Assembly: GCA_043228905.1 (NCBI GenBank)
Contig: JBHGNT010000006.1
Coordinates: forward strand, 14,942,001-15,006,000
Direction: 5' to 3'
DNA: 64,000 bases
Origin: Azolla caroliniana
Taxonomy: Eukaryota; Plantae; Polypodiophyta
Part shown: positions 58,694 to 64,000 of the stretch, piece after piece
How the letters are laid out: every line of letters starts with the position of its first letter
Position numbering within the stretch: position 1 is the stretch's first letter
Made by a program: the position numbers and the translations under genes
The notes under the pieces: model-generated
Databases searched by the model: none
What the model was told of the DNA's origin: nothing
The model's input: the letters and a program-made list of their open reading frames with translations, nothing else

Positions 58694-61600
58694 AGGGGCC
58701 GAGAAGGGTTCGACGTACAAGGTACTGTCCCACGGGCGTGCCATGTGTTACCGGCCGGCAAGGAGTCCAAAATACGGAATTAATTAGATGGTTGTAAATG
58801 AGCATAGTGTGGACGGACGGACTGGAAACGGTATGCCGTTCCAGATCCGGACGGATCCCGAATAGGTGCGAGAGACACCGTTTTGTACTACGGGCCGGAA
58901 ACCTATTTAAAGGCCCGGACCCTATTGTAATGACAGCGGATAATTAATAGAGATTATGATGTTTATACTTCTGTCTTGATTTCCGTTCTGTAATCATTGT
59001 TATATCTTACGCGTGTAATTAACCTAAGCAATCTAATCGTGTAAACTACGTAAGTCGGTGTAATCGTTGAATCTTAATCCTTTGCCGTAATCACCCTTTG
59101 GTGAAGTGTCTCCGTGACACCTTGTGTTAGGCCTTGTCCGGCTAAGCGAATAACAACCGGCTTCTCTGGTTCTGTCTCCGTCGACAGCCTCTTCCTCTTC
59201 ACCAAGTCTACGATGGAGTCGTGGAACTCCTTCTTGGCTATCCCAAGCACTTCCCTCAGCGACAGTTCCACCTTGCTGTCAAGGATTCGTTCTTCCAGGA
59301 CCTTTCGCAGGTCCGTGGATCTTTTGATTTCTGTGCCCAGCCGGTACCCGCCCTTCTTGGGATTATCCTGGGCGCCGGTTACACCGGCCTCATTCCGTCT
59401 TTGCCCAAATCGAGTTTCATATCGTTGCAAGGGCCTGGCCCCTCTGGGTTTCCCTACCCGCTTGTCCTCCACCAGCGCCTCGTAGGTTTGACAAGCGGCT
59501 TCGACGAAGCCCGTCTTTTCTTCCACCGGGTCACTCCACCCGGTTACCTCCCGGACCCGTCTTTCCGCGCGGTCCGCCTCTTCTTTCTTTAGACGTGCGC
59601 CGGCGAGGCCTTCTAGTATCGTCAGCCAAAACCCGACATTGTTCGTCTTCGGGGCCTCGCCACCTCCGACCCGAATACCAACCGACGCCGAGTAGTGGAC
59701 GGTCTCCGCATGACTAGCCGCCGCCTCCTCCATCAACCTTTTCATACCCCCTCGCCCGACGTTCAGGTCCAGGGGCCTTCGGGTTTCGCTAGCGTGCACC
59801 CGACCGTTCCACAAGTACACCACGAAGTCCCCGCAGTCCTTCCGGATGTGGCCAACCGCGTCACACCACATGCACCTGTTTCTAGCCAGAGGTCGTCGGT
59901 CACGGCCCTGTTCACTACCTTACCTCCGTGCCTAGGCGATCTGGAGATCCTTTACCATCCGCGTCAGTTCCTCTAGAGCTGCTCCCCCGGACGAGCCCTT
60001 GACCATGCCGGTCAAAGCCGATCCGGTTTCGAGCCAATCTCGGGTCTCTTCCCTTCGCGTTGGTGGTGTTGGCTCGAGCTTCCTCGTTGTGACAGAGCCC
60101 GTCCCTGTCGATCCTTTGTCAACCCATTCCCGCCATTTGTCGAAACGGCCACAGACCCTTTTCACCACAGCCTAGTCGGCCGTTAGCCCGTCATCAGTCT
60201 CCAATAGGAGGCCTACCTGCTCCCGATCCCACTCATCAACTGACTTAACAAACAATAGGACACGGCTTGTGTCCAGAATGGTCCGGTCAAGCACCGAGAG
60301 GCGCGCGAAGCGTTCCTCAAACTCCCGAAGGAGCACCGACGTGTTCCTTCCTTTGTCAGCGGTCTCCACCCATTCCATGAAGTCCCGCTTCGAAAGTCGA
60401 AGCGCATCTTCAAGCCTGTATTTTTCGAGGAGCCGACCCTCGAACTCCTCCCAGGTCCGGCTCTCGGCCCGTACCTCGAGCACCTCCGTATGGATGCCCG
60501 GTATTGCCACTCGAGGGGACCCGGCTAGACGCCTCTCTTCCGGAATGTCCCTCATTACCATCTCAGCCCGGTAGGACGCCAAGTAGCTCGTGGCATCCTT
60601 CCCACTAAACCGGCCGATCGTACCGACAACCGCCTCGATAGCCCTATCAAGGGCGCCGGTGCCTTCGCGCGCACTCACTATACGGTCAACAGCCGAAGCC
60701 ATGGCTTCTGCGAGGTCCGACCCCCTCATCTTCTACTCCTTTGCCACCTCTTCACGTCGGGTTCACCAAAGATGTCGCGTTATTACGCGCGTGCGTGGAG
60801 AACAAGGCGAGACCACTGGGGTCTTGGACCGAGGAATAGGTGAGAAAAGGGAAAGAGAGAGACACGCTCACACACGGATAGACAAAGAAGCGCGTGGGAG
60901 CGCAACCCAACAACACGAGAGACACCAGTTGGGCAGGAGATAGAGTATAAGAATGCGTATATAAATATATGTATGCAGATGACTCGAACGGTTACAGCCG
61001 ATCAGGTCGGCGAGAAGGGTGCCGACACCTGATCACCCATGCACACAGGGGGGGCAAGATGGAGATTCTGCCGGAAGCACACAGGCGTTCCACGGAGCAG
61101 AATCAGCCTCTCGAGAACCTACGCGAAGAAAGCTATGGAGACTGACAGAGGAGAAGAGCTTGGTCCCAGTTCGACAGCACTTCGTCCCCTCTAGCGCGCG
61201 ATCCCCTCTCTCCCCCGTCTCCCTCTCTTTTATAGCTCAAGGAGGGAGGCCGTTTCACCCGTTTACACCACATTAATTGACTGTCCTTTCGGACAGAGAT
61301 ACTCCTCGATTTCCCCTATAGAATATTGCTACCTAGGATTTGACCTTTGTGCCTACCTATCTACTATACAATAAGGGGCGTGCCCACGTGGAAGGGCCGG
61401 TTCACACACACTATACACGGTTTGCGCCTGGGGACGGTTTTCTTCACGACACCGCGCAAGCACTAGGTACCACATCTACCCTACCCCCATCGACATTTTC
61501 ACTAAAACAACCATCCACTTGAAGTGAATGGTTGGCTTATAGTTCAGATGCAACTCGTCCCAGTACTGGATCACCGAGTGCTTCTAGAAGTTCTCACACA

Positions 61601-61854
61601 TTGACACAAAGTGGTGAACACCTTTGTACATTCCCGGCCACCAGTACTTCTCCTTCAGCTTCTCGAACATCGCCCATGGCCCTTGATGTCTGGACCAAGG
61701 ACTATCGTGGAACTATGATATCAGCACCGATTGGTCTTCTTCCCACGTCACCAACCGGAATGCTATGTCGTTCCGCTTCTTCGGGTCCCGCCATATTTTT
61801 CCATTCCTTAGGAAAAAACGGTACGCCTTCTTCCGGATCTGGCTTGCCTCGTCC

Positions 61855-62109
61855 TTCGAATTGATTTGAGAATACATGTGGTCCCTATAGAATACCTTAG
61901 AGATTTCTATAATGTTCTAGAATGTTGTAGGACATTCTAGAACATTCTAGCATGATCTAGAGTTTTTATAATAATCAATGTAATATAAAAAGTAGTTTTA
62001 TCCTCTCATATGACAATAAGCTATCTTAATGGTTGAGGTTTTCAATTATGGATTACAAGGTTCGAGGTTCAAGTCCGGGTGACGCCATAATGCTCATGTC
62101 TTCATGACA
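61855..62109 (-). mobile_element. T3: truncated U3 of a T2-family LTR
   Basis: The reverse complement starts TGTCATGAAGACAT and aligns, with divergence, to T2 LTR 3660-3954; it breaks off at the junction with W1. Confidence 0.8.
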
Positions 62110-63196
62110 GAGGGTAGCCATGTTTACCCTAGCCGATAACACTTTTGGCACGCCTGGTGATCTAGCCGAACATCAGGGAATGGATGACGACTAATGGTCA
62201 TGTGTTCATGATAGAGGGTAGCCATGTTTACCCTAGCCAGTAACACTTTTGGCATGCTAGGTGATCTAGCCGAACATCAGGGAATGGATGTCTAGCCGTC
62301 GATGCACAAGAGAACCAATTCATCAGGATAGACCACCGACCCGGTCCGTAACCCGAAGAGCAGAGGAACGCACTGCGCGAAAACTATGCCTCAACAACTG
62401 ATTTCCAGGTCTCTTGGAAAATACACTCGAATCAATGCTCACTGAGCAAAGTGGGACTGGGTAGGAGTTCCTATCCCCCCTTCACCACTATAGAGAAACC
62501 ACTCGCACAACACAAACCTCTCCACACCGCGTCGGTAGTATTTTCCTTAACCTCAGTCAATCTACTATGATGGCCTTCTCATACCCTGATTTCCGCGGTG
62601 ACACTGATGCCGAATGTCACGCTCGATTGTTCCTGAATGTGTGGAACGCGAACCATGTGTCACAATGGCTCCCGGAAGCTGAAGCTCACGCTTCCAAGGT
62701 CCCGGAGTTTGGTCTGACCCTCGACTGATGGGCCACCCGTTGGCATGCCAAGGTGAACATTGCGGCTTTCGCCTCCTTCCAACAACTCCAGTCAGTGTTT
62801 TTACACTTCTTTCACCGAAGCATTCCGCAACGCGAAGTTATCAGACAGTTCTAATCTATTTGGCAGCTCCTATAAGAGTCCGTCACTAATTTCAGCCTAC
62901 GGTTCTAGAATCTAAGGCGCTAGTTGACGAGAGCTCCCATGGAAGACAATCTGCCACCCCCAGGCGCATATGGTGGACCAATGCGAATGTAATATGTTAA
63001 ACCACCCTATAGCACCGGTACATCGTATCGAGCGTCAATGTACTAACAGACAAAGCAACCGAAGCCAACAAGAGGAGCACTACTGGAATTCGGAGCGCAA
63101 CCATCGTGCGGGCTATCCCAGCCATCCTCATCGCGACAATGATCCATATTCGGAGGATGAGGATCAAGAGGACGAGGAGTACCCAAGAAATGCCCG
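62110..63196 (+). pseudogene. Old Gypsy (Tat-like) relic: duplicated LTR end/PBS and degenerate gag
   Basis: ...TAACA CTTT TGGCACGCC resembles an LTR end plus PBS and occurs twice. Gag-like frame FSYPDFRGD...EFGLTLD...RWH...ESVTNFSLRF with stops. Confidence 0.55.
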
Positions 63197-64000
63197 TGTT
63201 GAGAGTCGAACTCAACTTCCCATAGAGATAGGTTTCACACTAGCTCAGGACATACCAGGCTAGCTTTGTAAATAGATGAAAGGGCACGTGCCCTAGCCTA
63301 GTCGGTATTTAAACCAACCTTTTGTAACTTAGTTACTATTGGAAGTAATATACAATTTCTTGTTCGATCTGTGTGTGTGTGTGTGTGTGTCTTACAGTCA
63401 CACACACACACACACAATCATCTTCTGCTGCACTAAATCTTTCTCGTTTCTTTACATGGTATCAGAGTGTGTGGTTAACTGGTCAAACTCGCTCAAAAAT
63501 GCTATGATCACAACAACGACAATCATTAGAACCAGTTCAAGAAATAGAGAAGAAATTGAAATCATGAACACTAAGATGGGAAGCGCTCTTCCTACAGAGA
63601 AGCTAGATGGAACAAACTTCGCATCTTGGGAGTACAAGATGCATCAATACCTTGTTGTACAAGGCTACTGGAGCTATATTGAAGGTGCCCACGAAACGAA
63701 ACCCAACCCAACACACGCTGACTACCCAACTTGGGAGTAGGCCGTGAGCCGTGTGTTGTATTACCTTGCATCATGCGTTCATGATCACATGCTCAGCTAC
63801 ATTCGAGAGTCAAAAAACCCGAAAGAGGCATGGGGCAATCTCATGAAGATTTTCGCAGCAAACACGGCTACACGTAAACTCGAACTTTGACTAGAACTAA
63901 TAGTATTCAATAGAGCGACATGTCAATCGACACCTACACCTTGAAGATCAAGGAGCTGTACGATGCCCTCAGGTCGATTAATGTCCTCATCGATGATGAT
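63197..64000 (+). mobile_element. C6: 5' end of a Bryco-like Copia (runs off the window)
   Basis: LTR 63197-63456 (TG...CA); PBS TGGTATCAGAG at 63457-63467; gag start MGSALPTEKLDGTNFASWEYKMHQYL with downstream stops. Confidence 0.88.

Larger units (their letters stand above)
53756..59155 (+). mobile_element. R1: young non-autonomous Gypsy-type LTR element encoding only an integrase and an extra ORF
   Basis: 410-bp LTRs at 53756-54165 and 58746-59155, identical by eye; TSD ACCGG; PBS TGGCGACCACGATGGGA at 54172-54188 (tRNA-Arg-like). No gag, PR, RT or RH sequence between the LTRs. Confidence 0.93.
44422..61451 (-). mobile_element. W4: degenerate W-family Gypsy hosting C5 (in its 3' LTR) and R1
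   Basis: 5' LTR 60773-61451; PBS tRNA-Trp at 60751-60768; 3' LTR split into 44422-44990 and 50382-50491; TSD CCGC. gag 59161-60729; PR/RT/RH/INT 50560-53755, with a deletion removing the PR-RT junction near 53545. Confidence 0.9.
14138..61860 (-). mobile_element. W1: degenerate W-family Gypsy, 5'-truncated; outer shell hosting C3 and W4
   Basis: 3' LTR ~14138-14952 with a PPT to its right. Integrase pieces at 14953-15699, 44382-44421 and 61456-61860 read contiguously once C3 (TSD CTTGT/CTTGC) and W4 (TSD CCGC) are removed. Integrase is homologous to W2-W4 (YALWADRTTH). Confidence 0.8.

Noticed and set aside
9064-61864. Numerous short antisense and alternate-frame ORFs in the track
   Set aside because: They are shadows of GC-rich retrotransposon coding sequence or LTR copies, with no independent motifs.
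61855-62109. T3 as the partner LTR of T1 or T2
   Set aside because: Wrong orientation for T2, clearly diverged from both (more so from T1), and no matching TSD.

Overview
Eukaryotic plant genomic DNA, most likely a moss (inferred from the Bryco/RLC5-like Copia and Tcn1/RLG1-like chromovirus families present). The first 0.8 kb holds the last four exons of a spliced Maf-family nucleotide pyrophosphatase gene. The remaining ~63 kb is a deeply nested cluster of about 15 LTR retrotransposons or fragments. I resolved them by reading LTR termini, primer-binding sites (PBS), polypurine tracts (PPT) and target-site duplications (TSD). Labels used here: T1-T3 = Tcn1-like chromoviruses; C1-C4 and C6 = Bryco-like Copia; C5 = intact Tnt1/Tork-like Copia; W1-W4 = tRNA-Trp-primed Gypsy family; A1 = tRNA-Ala-primed Gypsy; R1 = tRNA-Arg-primed element. 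Nesting: T2 > C1 > (C2; W1 > [C3 > (A1 > W2, W3; C4)]; [W4 > (C5; R1)]). Most notable: (1) R1, a young LTR element with apparently identical LTRs that encodes only an intact integrase plus a ~900-aa coiled-coil protein, with no gag, protease or RT; (2) the W family, with tRNA-Trp priming, 4-bp TSDs and a gag-pro/pol -1 frameshift signal (GGATTTT plus a conserved pseudoknot); (3) a Tf1-type self-priming site in T2; (4) antisense tRNA-like A/B-box segments in the U3 regions of unrelated LTRs. All comparisons were made by eye and lineage names are from recalled motif similarity, not database searches.
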